A stretch of DNA of 63,990 nucleotides, filler included, from Fonticula-like sp. SCN 57-25 (lineage: Eukaryota): NCBI GenBank assembly GCA_001724245.1. It is 3 parts of 3 records of this genome, joined end to end, with 100 filler letters (N's around TTAATTAATTAA, not from the genome) between each part and the next. Parts side by side here need not be neighbours in the genome. Positions count along the whole stretch, not along the records: positions 1 to 26,654 come from MEDX01000056.1; 2 more parts are not named here. One strand, given 5' to 3'. A program made the position numbers and the translations under genes. Shown here piece by piece: positions 1-13,194 of this stretch (positions are counted from its first letter, which is position 1; every line of letters starts with the position of its first letter). Under the pieces are notes generated by a model. It saw only the letters and a program-made list of their open reading frames with translations, was not told the origin of the DNA and did no database searches.

Positions 1-1626
1 GAGTCGACCTCGACGTCGCTGTCGATCAGCTGGACCGCCTCTGCCCTCGCCGAGATGTACAACGTCTACTACCGCCCCCTGACTGGCGCGCGCAATGTCA
101 GTGCTGGCTACACATTCGACTCTCACGTCGACGCTGGTGCGTACTTTTTTTTGCTTTGTTTTGCCTAACAATTGCTGCTGTAGATTCGTCGAGCACGACT
201 ATCGAGGACCTGGAGCCCGGCGCGGCGTACGAGATTCTCATCCTCGCCGTTCGCGACGGTCAGGAGGAGCAGGTCGGCTCGCGCCTCGTGCTCACCACGC
301 GCTCTGTCAACGAGAACATTATCGAAGGTTTGCCTACCCTTTTCCTTTCATTGCTGTTCTCACACGTGCATTGATAGACCCTGGCCTTGGCACGAACGGC
401 TCCATTATTGCCGGTGCAACTGTGGGCGGCGTCGTGTTGCTCATGATCATTCTCATCGTTGTCCTTGTTGTGATGCGCCGCCGCCGGAGGTCCACCAAGG
501 CGCGCCTCGAAAAGTTTGGCGGCCAATCAGCTGTGGAGGCGCTCCGCGACTACCGCCTCACTTTGTCGCAGTCGCGCTCGAGTCTCAAGCACGCCGAATC
601 GACGACTCACCTCTCGTACGCTGACAAGACCGTCGTCAACACAGTGATGGAAATGTCGCTGCCTGGTTTCTTGCTCGTCGACTATGCAACATCCGTTCAG
701 CCGGGCCCGGTCATCGAGGTGCGCCCACTTTTGATATTTATTCTTTGCGTGCTTACTGCCTTTAGACGGCTGCGAATGAGACGGCGTACCTTGGCACGCT
801 GATTGACTCTCGTCTCGCGAGCAACTTTGGCAGCAATGAAGTGGCGCTTATTGACTACAATGCCATCGAGAGCATTTCCGAGCACGACAACATGGAGCGC
901 TTCCACCGCGAAGTCAGCGTGCTGTGGTCGCTTTCGTTCCACCCGTCCATCGTGAAGCTGCTGGCGTACTCTGACGAGCCGCGCACCATTTTCACGCGCA
1001 AGTACATGATGAGCCTGCCTTCTTTGCTGGCCGGCCCCGGCTCGCTCTCGTGGGAACAGCGCCTCAACTTTGCTATGGATGTCGCCGCCGCCGTCTCTGC
1101 TGTGCACTCGCTCGTTGTGGCGCACCGCAATGTGCAGACCGCCAGCGTTCTTATTGACAAGGACGTTCACGGCATGATGATTGCCGTTCTCGCTGGCTTT
1201 GGACACTGCCGCGTTCCGTACGCGCCCTATTAAAGTATTTTTTTGTATGCTGACTGTGCTGTTAGTGCTGATGAACACTGTGTGCCCTCTATGATGGATG
1301 TGCGCTACATGTCGCCCGAGGCTGCCCAGCGCTCGATGGGCTCGCTCGCAGGTGAGCCTACAATTGAGGACGACATTGCTTCCGACGTGTACTCGCTCGG
1401 CGTTGTTCTGTGGGAGATTTACCACGGCTCGCGTCCTTATGGTGACGTGTCGGATGACAGCGCACTGCGCACCATTGCAAGCGGCAAGATGCTCAAGTAC
1501 ATGGACGACAGCCCCGACGCGTCGCTTAATACGATTCAAAGGGCTGGTGAGCGCGCGTGTGCTCCGAGCCCTGAGGGGCGTCCTACGGCTGCTGTCATTA
1601 GTGGCATGCTTTCGAATATGTGCTAA
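1..1626 (+). CDS. 3' part of a single-pass receptor pseudokinase (FN3 - TM - degenerate kinase domain), 5' truncated by the window edge
   Basis: Exons ~1-136, 184-327, 378-718, 766-1217 and 1266-1626 with GT-AG introns. FN3 (SISWTAS...LEPGAAYEILILAVRDG), TM (IIAGATVGGVVLLMIILIVVLVVM-RRRRR), kinase-fold motifs HPSIVKLL, HRNV, YMSPE, SDVYSLGVVLWEI, RPTA. Confidence 0.85.
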
Positions 1627-2112
1627 AAGTGGCTTTCCTTTAGTGACGAGTGCTTTTACTGCAGTTTGAGAATAGATGTATGCCTCTCTTTCTCATCCGT
1701 ATATCAACCTCTATCTCTAGACCCCGCAATAAACTGTGCCGCCAATGATATGTGATGCCTCTTTGAAAAAAGGCTAATATTGATAGTTTTCAGTACTTTC
1801 GTAACTGTCAATCGCAAGGAGATGCAGTTAAAAGGAAACATGATACCCTATACAGTAGATGAAATTCACAACCCTGCCACAGCATAGTGACAGTTGGGGC
1901 CGAGTGAGGCAAGTAAAAAGGCACTGTATTGAAAGGTAAGCTAATTGCGAGAGTATTGAAAAGACAAAGAAATGTATCATGGTCAAATCGGAAAGAGGGA
2001 TAAACAAAGACACCATTGATACAAAAGATATAATAGCTCGTTGCTTGCTGCCGCATTGCAGACATAAGAAAAAGAAATTAAAAAATTTACGAAAGAACAA
2101 GAGAAAGTGGCA

Positions 2113-4233
2113 CTAGACAGCTTGATTGTCAATGGCGCTTGTGCCGGTCCACTTTGACACCCACGTGGCCTTATCGCCGTCCACTTCCTTTCGCATTTGA
2201 CGAATTAATCCAATGAACTTTACTGCGTCGGTTGCCTTGAGTGCTCCATTCGATGCTTCAACAACATGTGGGGGCGAAAGTGAACACAAAGCAGCACCAT
2301 TCCAACCAACAGAGGAAAGAGAAGAAAAAGGAGGATTAAGTGACTCAATCCAGTTTGCAGTTTGCACTTCGTCCCATGACAGGACAGTATCAGTCGGCGG
2401 TGCAAATGCGCTGTCATCACTCAGCTTGAAATGCGCAATGTAGCCGCGTAGTTGAAGAGCAGCAGCATCATTGAAGGTGACGTCATACTCCATCACGTGT
2501 TCAGCGTTGAGCATAGTCAAAGTAGCGCCATCAGCATCTTTCAAAGCAGTTTGCAGTTTGCTCATCCCAATGTCGCACAGCCACTCTTTAAAAGTATCAC
2601 CACGAAGGTCCTCCAATCCGGAAACAGATAGACAGTCTGTCAAGCTGTCAAGTGTCTGCGTGCAGACATTGATGATGCCAAGTAGTAAATCACGACGCTC
2701 CTTCAGCTTGATCAAGTCACGTGATTCTGCAATATACTCGGGAGTTTGCATTTCTTCAAGTTTTTTTTTCTCGCTCGCCACTAAGACAATGTTAGTACAT
2801 TGGCCACGTAATATCAAGTGCGCACATTTAGCCTCGAGGTCGGCAATTGAGCGCTTCAGTTCCTGCTCACGTGACATTTGCTGACGTAATCCATTTTCTG
2901 TCTTTTCAATTGATGCCTCAATGTCCTTCACTTGTGCCTGCGCCTCTGCCAGCCGCTGGCGGACGCATTGATGCGCAGGCACGTGGCCAAGAGGATCATA
3001 TAGATACATTTCCACGTGACCATCACGAAAACCAACTGCGATGTTGCCAGACGCAGCATGATATGACAATGAACACAACTGATAGCAAAATGGGTGAGCA
3101 ATATAAATAGACAAGCAAGTGACATACATGTCCACCACATTGGTAGTTTGCAGTTTGCACTCCATCAGAGGTGCGCCAAACATGGAGATATTCATCATTT
3201 GACCCAGTGATCACGTGCGACTCCTCGTTGTGAAAGGCGCCGCCCCAGACATATTCCGTATGTCCCTCGAATGTCACGTAAGGAGTGGATGGCCACGTGG
3301 TATCTGATGGAACATTCCATATGGAAGCAGTATAGTCACTAGTTGTGACCAATAGCATGCGGCCAGAGGGGCTGAAGCAGAGGGAGCGAATCTAGTAATA
3401 ATTAGTAATGAGAATAATACGAATAGTATCATACTTGTTCAGAATGATGCTTGAGAACTGATACTTGCGCCCAGTTGCCATTGGTCAATCCATAAATGTA
3501 CACGTGGCCATCAACACATCCCGCGGCAAGAATATTCCCATCGGGGGAAAAGGCGACACGCTCCACCTGACACATTTTTGTGAGCAACAGCAAGTATTCA
3601 TTCATTCTCGCACCCAGTGAGACAATCCTGTCAATGTTTGAACAACTGAATAATTGTTGGATGGATCCAAGAGTGTCAATTCACGCTCATGTCCACCGAC
3701 GGCAAGGATTCCACTGGGGCTGAACGCGCATCCACGCAACTAAACAAGGGATGAGCAAAGAAAAGCAGCAAGCATGATGCATACATATATGTTGGTTTGG
3801 TACACAATCGAGTGCGAATTGTTGTTTGTGATTTCAATGACAACGCCCTTAACGTCGCTGGGAACACCATCTATATTAACCGTGGCGACCAGGCGCGTCC
3901 CGTCGGGCGACCACGCGACATGCGACACTGTGCGGCCCTTTAATGACAGTTAAAACAAAAAGCAATAAAAGTGCTCGTACCCGGCCCTCCAAAGCATGCT
4001 TGACAGTGTGCACCTTTTCCTGCGTGGCGATATTCGTGATGCAAATTGTCTGGTCACCACAGCCCGATGCCACTAAAGTGCCGTCGGGGGAAATTGCAGA
4101 CACGACGTGTGACCCAACATACTGTGAAATCATTTTCCGCGTCAGACCATGAGCACACAATGAGCAAACACAACAAACATACACCAGTTTTGTGTAATTT
4201 AAGACTCGCCTTCTTGATGAACTGATGCGCCAT
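2113..4233 (-). CDS. WD40-repeat protein with coiled coil and two C-terminal SAM-like domains
   Basis: Multi-exon. WD motifs (AISPDGTLVASG, VAWSPDG, FEGHTEYVWG..ITGSND..LHVW), heptad region, then EWLCDIGMSKL..DGATLTML and LSWDEVQTANWIESL..NGAALCSL. The start at MAHQFIKK is inferred. Confidence 0.7.
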
Positions 4234-4803
4234 TGCGAACACTGTCTTCCTCTTTCCTTTCCGGCAGACAAAAGGAAATGGCTGCAAAGCCATCACGTGA
4301 TCATTATGAATGTATGGTCACGTGATAATTCATAGCGCGCCCATGCCTCGCAGGAGCGGCACTCCGCTATACCGCATCGCTATTGGCACTTCAGGCGGCC
4401 TCATGTCGTTAAAATGGCGGAATATGAGCACTTTTAATGATACTTGTAGTGAGTCATGTGAATGATTCTTGAATACCTGGCCTTTTTCATCTGCATCCCC
4501 TGATGGCATCGCGTTCGAATCACTCGGCCACATCTGTTTCGCGCCCATCAGATGAGCTCACCAATCACGGCCAGGAGTTTCTATTTCTTTAATTATTCCT
4601 CTTTTATGATGATGATCTTTGCTCATCTCACTTTACCGTCAAACATCATCTTCATCCCACCCTCATCATCGTCATCACCATCACCCCTTTACATCGCGCA
4701 TCAGACTTTTTCTTCCTACATTGAAAATACAATAAACGTATTAAATAAAGATTCGGACGCCCGCGCCACCTCCCTATGATACACGCTTGCACCCCTCGCC
4801 CCT

Positions 4804-7800
4804 CTACTCCTCCACCTTGTCGAGCACGCTCTCGGTGAACGATGTCGCGAGCGTCGGCGTCGACGCAAATGACGCAACCGATGACGCAACCAAATTGACG
4901 CTGACGTCATCAACGTTCTGATTGGTGGAGAACTCGGAAGAGAGGGAGACGACGGACGGGCGGCGGCGCCGGTTGGACGGCTCGATCACGTACGACTCGT
5001 CGGTGAGTTCCTCTTCTTCCTTGTGGGGGACCATCTCGCAATAGTGGTGAAGGGCTGGGAAAAGAAAGAGGAAATAAGTCAGCAAAAGTAACGCAGAAAA
5101 GATCGGCAAAGATCGGTAAGGTCACGTAAGATGGTGGCCATCTCTCGACAAAACACTATGATCACGTGATCACAAACTACTCGAACCCATATGCGCATAT
5201 GGGTTCAAGGAAGTATTCCCGCCAAACACACACGTGACCACACTAACATATATATATCACGTGACACAATACCCAAAATGAATTCGCCCTCGACCACTCT
5301 GACATGCCGATGAGCATTGCCGATGAGCATGAGCATCAGATGAGCATCTGATCCCCATGACCACCACCCTTTCCCCTCTTCCCTCTCTTTCCCCTCCCCT
5401 AATCCCCCCCATCAACGTACGTTCGATAGGCACAAAGTCATACTTGCTCTGCTGCGACACTCTGATCGCCATGATCTTGCCCATCACGGTCCTCAGCTTT
5501 TCAAAGTTGATCAGATCATTACCCAGCACCGTCTGATTTCCGTCATTCATAAACGTCAGGTCCTTCATATAGAGCCCAAAGAACGGAATGAGCGGCGGCT
5601 TGGCCTCGTCCTCGAGCGCGCGGTACGCCTTGTAGTTGTTCTCGGGCGACATCTTGCTCTCCAGCTCGCGGAACGTCGCAAGGCTCTTTTGGGAAATGCC
5701 CTAAAATGATCACGTGAGTAAATGTACAGTCATTGTATGATCACGTGATCACATACCGCCCATGTCTTCTTGAGGCGATAAACGGGAATAGTGTTGAGGC
5801 CCGACAGCAGCGCCATGACGTCATTAAAGTTTTGCAGGCGGTAGCAGTACTATATAAGACTGTGAGCACTGGAAAAAGAGAAAAAAAGTGCAAAAAAAAG
5901 ACACAATATGATCACGTGATCACACACTATTAAACTACTACACACAATGTACCTACCATACACTATCAACCTACCATACACTATCACCTTCCATACAGTA
6001 TCATGTAACCATACAGTGTTGGATACACTATCACATAACCCATACATCATCATCACGTGACCACACACCATACCACACACCATCATGTATCCACACACCA
6101 TACCATACAACACACTATCATAAACATACAACATACTCTATACCATACACTCACACAACATACTCTATATCATACAACATACACTATCATACAACATACA
6201 CTATCATATACCATACACTATAACACACTACATACACAATTATACTATCCCCTTATCTTCCCTCTTCCCTTCTGTACCTTTGCAATAGAAATAAACTTTT
6301 CCATGACCATTATCCTCTTCCTAATATCAGCCACCGCACAAATCTCGGTCGCCACCCAATACCCCATCGCATTAAACCTATCAATAAACCGCGTCAAATT
6401 CTGCGTCATAACTGCTTTACTATCCTTTTTTGCCCATAAATGGAGCACGAATTCATCGGGTAGAATTCGTTGGAATAGGCGGAGAGAAGAGAGGGTCAGT
6501 TGTTGGGACATTTCTTTGGGTGAGGTGAGGGAGATGTCGACGGAGGAGAGGGCGGGGGGGGAGGTGGTGGGAAGGGCGGAGAGGGAGGCCCACGTGGAGG
6601 ACTGGGGATGGGTTAGTATAAGGAAGAAAGATATGAGATATGTAGTATGTAACATAGTAGTATGTAGTATGTGGTAACATGGTATCATAGTACATGTATC
6701 ATGTATCATTCACATGCACATAGTATCATACACACACTATCATACACAGTGTCACATATGATCACGTGACACATAGTATCATCACACTCATACACACACA
6801 TACAAGTATCATACACACATACTCATAGTATCATACTCATACACACAGTATCATACACACATACTCACAGTGTCAATGACACATATGATAATGTTACATG
6901 ACAAGCATGTCCATATGATCACGTGACACACAAGTACTTTCATCACTCACACACACAGTATCACACACACAGTATCACACACACACTATCATACACATAC
7001 ACAGTATCAACACTCATACATGATGATCACTCACACTCATACATTATCATACACACACTATCATACACACACTATCATAACCAACACCCTTTACTCTTTC
7101 CCTTCCCTTCCCACTCTTCTCTTCGTACGTGTTTCTTGTATGATGCCTCGATCTGATTGGCAATTGTGGTCAAGCTCTCCTTCTTCATCCTATCAATGAG
7201 CATCTCGAGGCGCTGCTTCATCTCGTCAGAGTCAAAGTCGTACCAGTGGCGCTCTGACCACTTTTTGTACACGGACGATACTCTGTAAAGGGAGGAGAAG
7301 GTGTTAGTAGAGGAGTAATAGAAGGAGATAGAAGGAATATGACATTAGATCATGTATGGGAATATGGACAAAAGTATCATATATGATCATGTATCATGTA
7401 CGACACATAGTCATGTATGGTCATGGTACATACACAGTATCACACTCATACACACAGTATCAACTACCATATGATCACGTGACACACACAGTATCATACA
7501 TACACATACACACACACACACTACCATACATCATCATACCATACACTCATACACTACCATACATACATACACACACACATACATACATACATACATACAT
7601 ACATACATACATACATACATACATACAATATACTATCACACAGTATCACTCATACACTACTATCACACATACAGTATCATACATACATACACACATACAC
7701 TATCATACACTATCATACACTATCATACACTATTCACTCTTTCCCTTCTCTTCCCTCTTCTTCTCCCTCACCCCTCCCACTCTCCCCATTTCGCACCTGA

Positions 7801-10800
7801 CCCTTATGATCGCCGCCGTCTCCTTGTCATACACCTTGACCCCATCATCCTCATGCTTCTTCTTCTCCTTCTCCAACTTGTCCTTGTCATCCACAATGAC
7901 CATGGACTTGTAGGTGAAGCGGTCGTAGAGCTTGTCAAAGAGGGAGGGGGGGGAGAGGTAGTTGCGGAAGGTGAGAAGAAAGTCGTCAATGTACAGGGAA
8001 TCTGTTGAAGGAGGAAGGGGAAGGGAGAGGGAAGGGAATGGTTAGTGAAGGAAAGGGAGGAAAAGAGAGGAAAAAACATAAAAAGAGAAGAAAAGAGAGA
8101 GAAAAAACAAAAAAAGAGAGAAAAGAGAGAAAAAGAGAGAAAAGATCTCTACATATACACTGTACAATATACTGCACAATACACTGTGTATCTCACTGTA
8201 CACTCTGTACACACTATAGTGTAGTGTATACCATACACTATCATACATCATACTATACCATACATACTACAACATACTACACAATCTACACTGCAAATAC
8301 ACAGTACAATCACCAGTATAATCTACACACTACATTCCAGTCTACACCATATGGCATACAGTATATACTATACCATACACTATACACTATACACTATACA
8401 TCATACATCATACTATACCATACACACCATACACACTACACTACAAGTACACTGTACAATCCCCAGTATAATCTACATCATTCCTACAGTGTACACATAC
8501 ACTGTATGTCACATACCATACAGTGTATACTATACACCATACCATACCATACATCATACATCATACCATACATACTATACCATACATACTCATACATACT
8601 ATACCATACATCATACACTCTACTCTACAACTACACCCTACTTTACCCTATTATCCCCCTATTCTCCCCCCCTTCTTCCCACGCACCCGGAGCACTCTCA
8701 TCCGCCAATGCCTCCACCAACGCCTCCACCGTCCCCGCCGTAATCTGATACTTTCCCTCACTCATCGTCCTCACAATCACCGTCCTGCCCCCCTCACTCC
8801 TCGTACTCGTCGCAGGCATCAGGTCGGGATTCCATACTTGATAGATGCTCATGCGACGCATCTTGTCGGGAAGTTCACTTGGTGCCCCATTCATACTGCC
8901 GGTCATAGTGCTATTGGAGCCAAGTGATCCCGTGCTGCTTATGGAGGAGAGCGAGGCAGAGGCAGATGCTTTGCCTTTTTTGCGGCCAAGTGTCTTGCCA
9001 AAGTCGGAGAAAAAGTCGGGTAAAGTAAGCCTTATACTTCCACTCTTGCCCATCGTCCCACCACCATTACTATTTCCACCAGTACTGCTTCCACTATTAC
9101 TTCCACTAGAGAGGTTGTTGACACTGGATGTGCGAGAAGAACGCGACTTTTCATTCGATGATGACGTCACCGATGACGTCACAGCCTGTTTCGAACCATC
9201 ACCCGACGCCTGGTCTTCTGCCAGGGAAGGGACAGAGAGGGAGCGGCGGTCGTCGTGGACAGAGTATCGGTAGGCACGGCGGCCGTCGGGGGAGGGGCGA
9301 GTGCGCAGAGTGCCGTCGCCGAGTTCGCGGTAGCGGCGGTATTGTTCTTCGAGGTAGTTTTTGGTGGCGGATGACTTGCTTAGGGTGCCTGTCGGGGGGG
9401 GAGAAGGGAAGAGAAAGGAAGAGGGTTAGTATGGTGATTATACATGATACATGATACATAATACACTATACATGATACATGATAGAAGATACATAATACT
9501 ATACTATACTATACTATACTATACATGATACATGATACATGATACTATACTATACACTATACTATACTATACACCACTATACTATACTACACTATACACT
9601 TCACTATACACCACACTAAACTATACACCCTATACACTACACCACTATATACCACAGTACAACACTGTCACAGTATTGTACATAATACTCTAATAACATC
9701 ACTTAAATACCCTTGGGTTTACCCTTTACAATAACACTAACCCTTGGTTTTACTCCTTCACAACAACAATAACCCTTTCTTTTTGCCTTCCCTACAACCC
9801 CGCCACAACAATGTCCACTTACAACCCTGCCACAACAATGTGTTCTTCCCCTCTTGCGTACCCTCCGAGATCTCTTCTCCGCTCTGCGTCGGCTGCGTGG
9901 GCGTGCTCGGCGCCGCCTGCGTGGCCGCCGTCTCTGCACCCTGCGGCGCCGGCGGCACAAACAGCGACGTCAGGCGACCCGCAGCGCCGCCGCCGCTCTG
10001 CGCGTGGTGGTGGTGGTGGCCGCCGTGCATCATCATCCCGTCGCCATCGCCCGACACGGGGCTGCCGGGGCTCGTGGGCGATGCGCCATCCTCATCGCCT
10101 TCGGGAAGTGCGCCGGCGAGGGGCGAGGGAAGGCGGTACTTTTTCTCAAAGTAGGACTTGGCGCGCGAGGAGCGGCGGAGCGTGTCCTGAGAGTGGCCGC
10201 CGCCGGTGAGCATGCTCGCGGGCATCGGCATGCCGCCGCCCGATGACGATCCTGATCCCGATCCCGATCCGGATGAGCCCGATGTGACGATGATCGGGGG
10301 CGGCGGGGGGGGCGTGGTGCCCATGAGGGCGCTGCTGCTGCCCGATCCCGGCGAGCTGCTCAGGATCGCCTGCGGCAGCGGCGGCGGCGGCTTGGCGGTC
10401 ACGATCGGAATCGCATGCGATTTTTGGGGAGTCGCTTGAGGGGCAGGCTGAGTGGGCTCTGCGAGGCTCTCGCGGGACGAGTTGTTGGAGGAGGGCATCG
10501 AGGCGGGGCGGTCGCTGCCAGAGGCCGCGCTGGGGGAGGCGATCTCGGGAGAGCTCTTCTTGAGCTGCGACTTTAGCTTGATCACGATCGCGATGGCGCT
10601 GCCGAGGTACTGATGCATCTCGAAAAAGTCGGGCGAGATGAACTTGTGCGTCACAAAGTAGCGGCCTTCCTCAAGATAGCTAAAGGAAAAGGTCTGCTGC
10701 TGCTGCGAATAGGAATACTGAAGAATTTGCTCAATATCAAACTGGTTAATGGTCGACTGGAAGGGGGGAAAAAAAGTCAGCGCGGATCCAACAAGGAACA

Positions 10801-11167
10801 AGAGGCATACCTCGGACTTGCGATCGAGAAGGCGGATCCCAGACAGGTTAATGTTGACGATGATGTCGCGCGTCTCGCCCGACGCGCTGCCAGTGACGAG
10901 CTGGCACGTGTAGCGCTCGCCCTTGAGGAGCGCCTGCCAATCGTCATTCTCGATGCGGGCCACATCAACCGACTGAAGGTTCACGCTGGTCGTCTGATTG
11001 CTCTGGGGGTAAAGTGGGCGGAAAGTCAGCAAAAAATAGCGAAAAAGAGGGAGAAAAAGAGCTTAAAGCGAAAAGAAACGCACTTTGCGAGCAGCAACGG
11101 TCAAGTACTGCATCGAAGTCGCGCGGCGGGACGACTTCTTGTCGCCGCCATCCTCGCCGTCGCCCAT
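4804..11167 (-). CDS. Ras guanine-nucleotide exchange factor (N-terminal PH/FERM-C-like domain, low-complexity linker, REM and CDC25 domains)
   Basis: Exons encode ITAGTVEALVEALAD/YIDDFLLTFR (REM), FIDRFNAMGYWVATEI, NYKAYRALE..PPLIPFFGLYMKDLTFMNDGN..INFEK (CDC25) and terminal EELTDESYVIEP. ATG at 11165-11167 followed by a GT-AG intron. Confidence 0.9.
5930..9700. repeat. Low-complexity CA/TAC-rich simple repeats filling the enlarged RasGEF introns, including an (ACAT)n run at ~7576-7627
   Basis: Long tracts built of tatcatacacac / ctatac / acat units lie between the exons. Confidence 0.85.
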
Positions 11168-11366
11168 GGCTAGATTACTTGTCCGTTAAAAGGAAAATAC
11201 CACAGCAAGCTGCTCTCGCTACAGAGAAAAGTTTCCTTTTGTGGCGCTGTCTCCTCGGCCGCTTCCAAAGTAACAAAAGCAAAAGAGGGGCGCGCAAGGT
11301 CGGCGGGTGCACGGCGCTGCAACGTCGCAAGGCGAAACAACCCAAACAGACAAATCAGCCTGATCC

Positions 11367-11435
11367 TGATTGGTCGATTTTCCTGTTTGTTTACGTGTGA
11401 TTGGTCGCGCAGGCCGGCCGTCGATGGCTGATTGG
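11367..11435. promoter_or_regulatory. Three CCAAT boxes (TGATTGGTC) upstream of RasGEF
   Basis: TGATTGGTC at 11367, 11398 and 11429. Confidence 0.55.
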
Positions 11436-11773
11436 TCAGATTTGATGCATTCCGGTTCAACATCGAGTCAACGACGGGCATCGTGGGCGCCGCAACCTGG
11501 CAACGTCACCCGATCAAAAAAGACAAAAATACGGCGCCAGCCCACGTCCACGCCTACACAATGGCCGGGGTGGTGATCAGGTCCCGCATGCCTTTAGTAG
11601 CATCTTTGGCGCCGGTCACCATCGGCCGCCGGCGTGGTATGCGACCCACCCCAGACTCTGCCCGCGATTCAACGGTCCACCTGTGACTCTGCCCCTGATT
11701 TCCACAGAATCTCAGATCGGTCGCGGAGCGCAGCGGTCAGTGGCCCAAACGGGGCCGCGGCTATTCTCGTGCA

Positions 11774-12610
11774 ATGACGATGAGCGCGCCTGGGAAGGCG
11801 ACGTTGAACAGAATGAACACGGGGAGGTCGAAAAGCCTTTCTTCTGCTGACCCTCTTCGTACGTATTGTTTTTATTTGTTAAGAATGCTGGCTAAACATG
11901 GCTGGGCATCTCTCTTTGCCCCGTGATGATGATTAGCCAAAAAATCTGGGTTCACGTGGTTTCGGAAGCGCGGCAAGGCGGCGGCGCTCGCCATCGTAGA
12001 GGAGGACACGCCGACGCCCGACATCCAGGACGTTCTTTTTGGCGATGACGGGCATGCGGAAGAGTCATTTTCCAACCCGCTCTACGATGATGCCGACGGC
12101 AAGGATGAGGACGTAAAGGATGACGCAAAGGAAGAAGATACGGAAGAAGACGAGGATGAACTCGCCACCATCGAAGAACTAAAATCAGAGCCCGTCGCGG
12201 CCATCCCCTCGCGCCACAGCCGTACGATCCCCTTCTTTTTCCCTTGCCTTTTCCCTATCCACATGCCCATTGCCCATGCCCAATCCCGCCTACGCCTACG
12301 CCATGCCATCCCGCCATCGCTAACCCCCATCCCCACAGGGCATCACTCGCTCGACGACAAGCGGTTATTACCGCGCTCGGCGTGGTCGCCCGCGGGCGCC
12401 GCCAAGGGCGCATCTCATGGCGCCACGCTGCAGCCAAAGTCGCCGTTCGCCATCGTCCCGACATCGCCGATCCCGATCGACTTTGGCGACGATGCCGAGT
12501 ACGCCACGTTCCGCAGCGAGCTCAAGATGCGGCTCGCGACCGTGCAGGACTTTGCGCTCGACCCGATGGCCATCGCCAACCCAAGTGCGCGCACGCTGCG
12601 CCCCTTTTGA
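11774..12610 (+). CDS. Small acidic protein of unknown function (3 exons)
   Basis: ATG at 11774, introns ~11859-11936 and ~12222-12338 with GT..AG ends. Acidic middle exon with GC3-biased codons. Confidence 0.55.
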
Positions 12611-13194
12611 GATGCGATGCCGGCGATCTTCTTTTCGCTCTATATATGCACATATTCATTCTGATTGTACATTCGTCTGCTGTTTCCTTTCGTTTCCTTT
12701 ACAATATGCGTAATAAGCGTGATTTTGCTCGTTTACTTTCCTGCCCTGCCATATGTACATATTAGCGTCAGCTACCTGCACCTCTTTGCCGTTGCCTCTC
12801 ACCTAATATATTGCAACCTGATCGTGATCATAGTGAAAAGGGGAAATGTGCATGTTCTATATTCTATGGGTACAGTAGACGGTCACGTGTCGTCTATATG
12901 CCATTGGGAAGAATTGAAGGAAAGGAAAGGAATATGAAGGGAAAAGGGAATATGAGAAGAGGATATAATGAGTAGATAGAAGAGCAGAGAGCAGACAAGA
13001 GAAAGAGATCAGTTTGCAGATTGCAACAAGACACAAAAGTATCAGTTTGCACTTTGCAACAACAGAAAAAATATCTGTTTGCAACACACAAAAAGAATCT
13101 ATCTATGCCTTGTACAGATACCCACAGCATCACTGCACATGAAACTGCAATTTGCATTTTGCACTCTCTCCTTCAGTTTGCAGTTTGCACCACT

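Noticed and set aside
6057-8927. His/Thr/Tyr/Ile-rich ORFs on the + strand
   Set aside because: They are translations of low-complexity intronic repeats antisense to the RasGEF gene.
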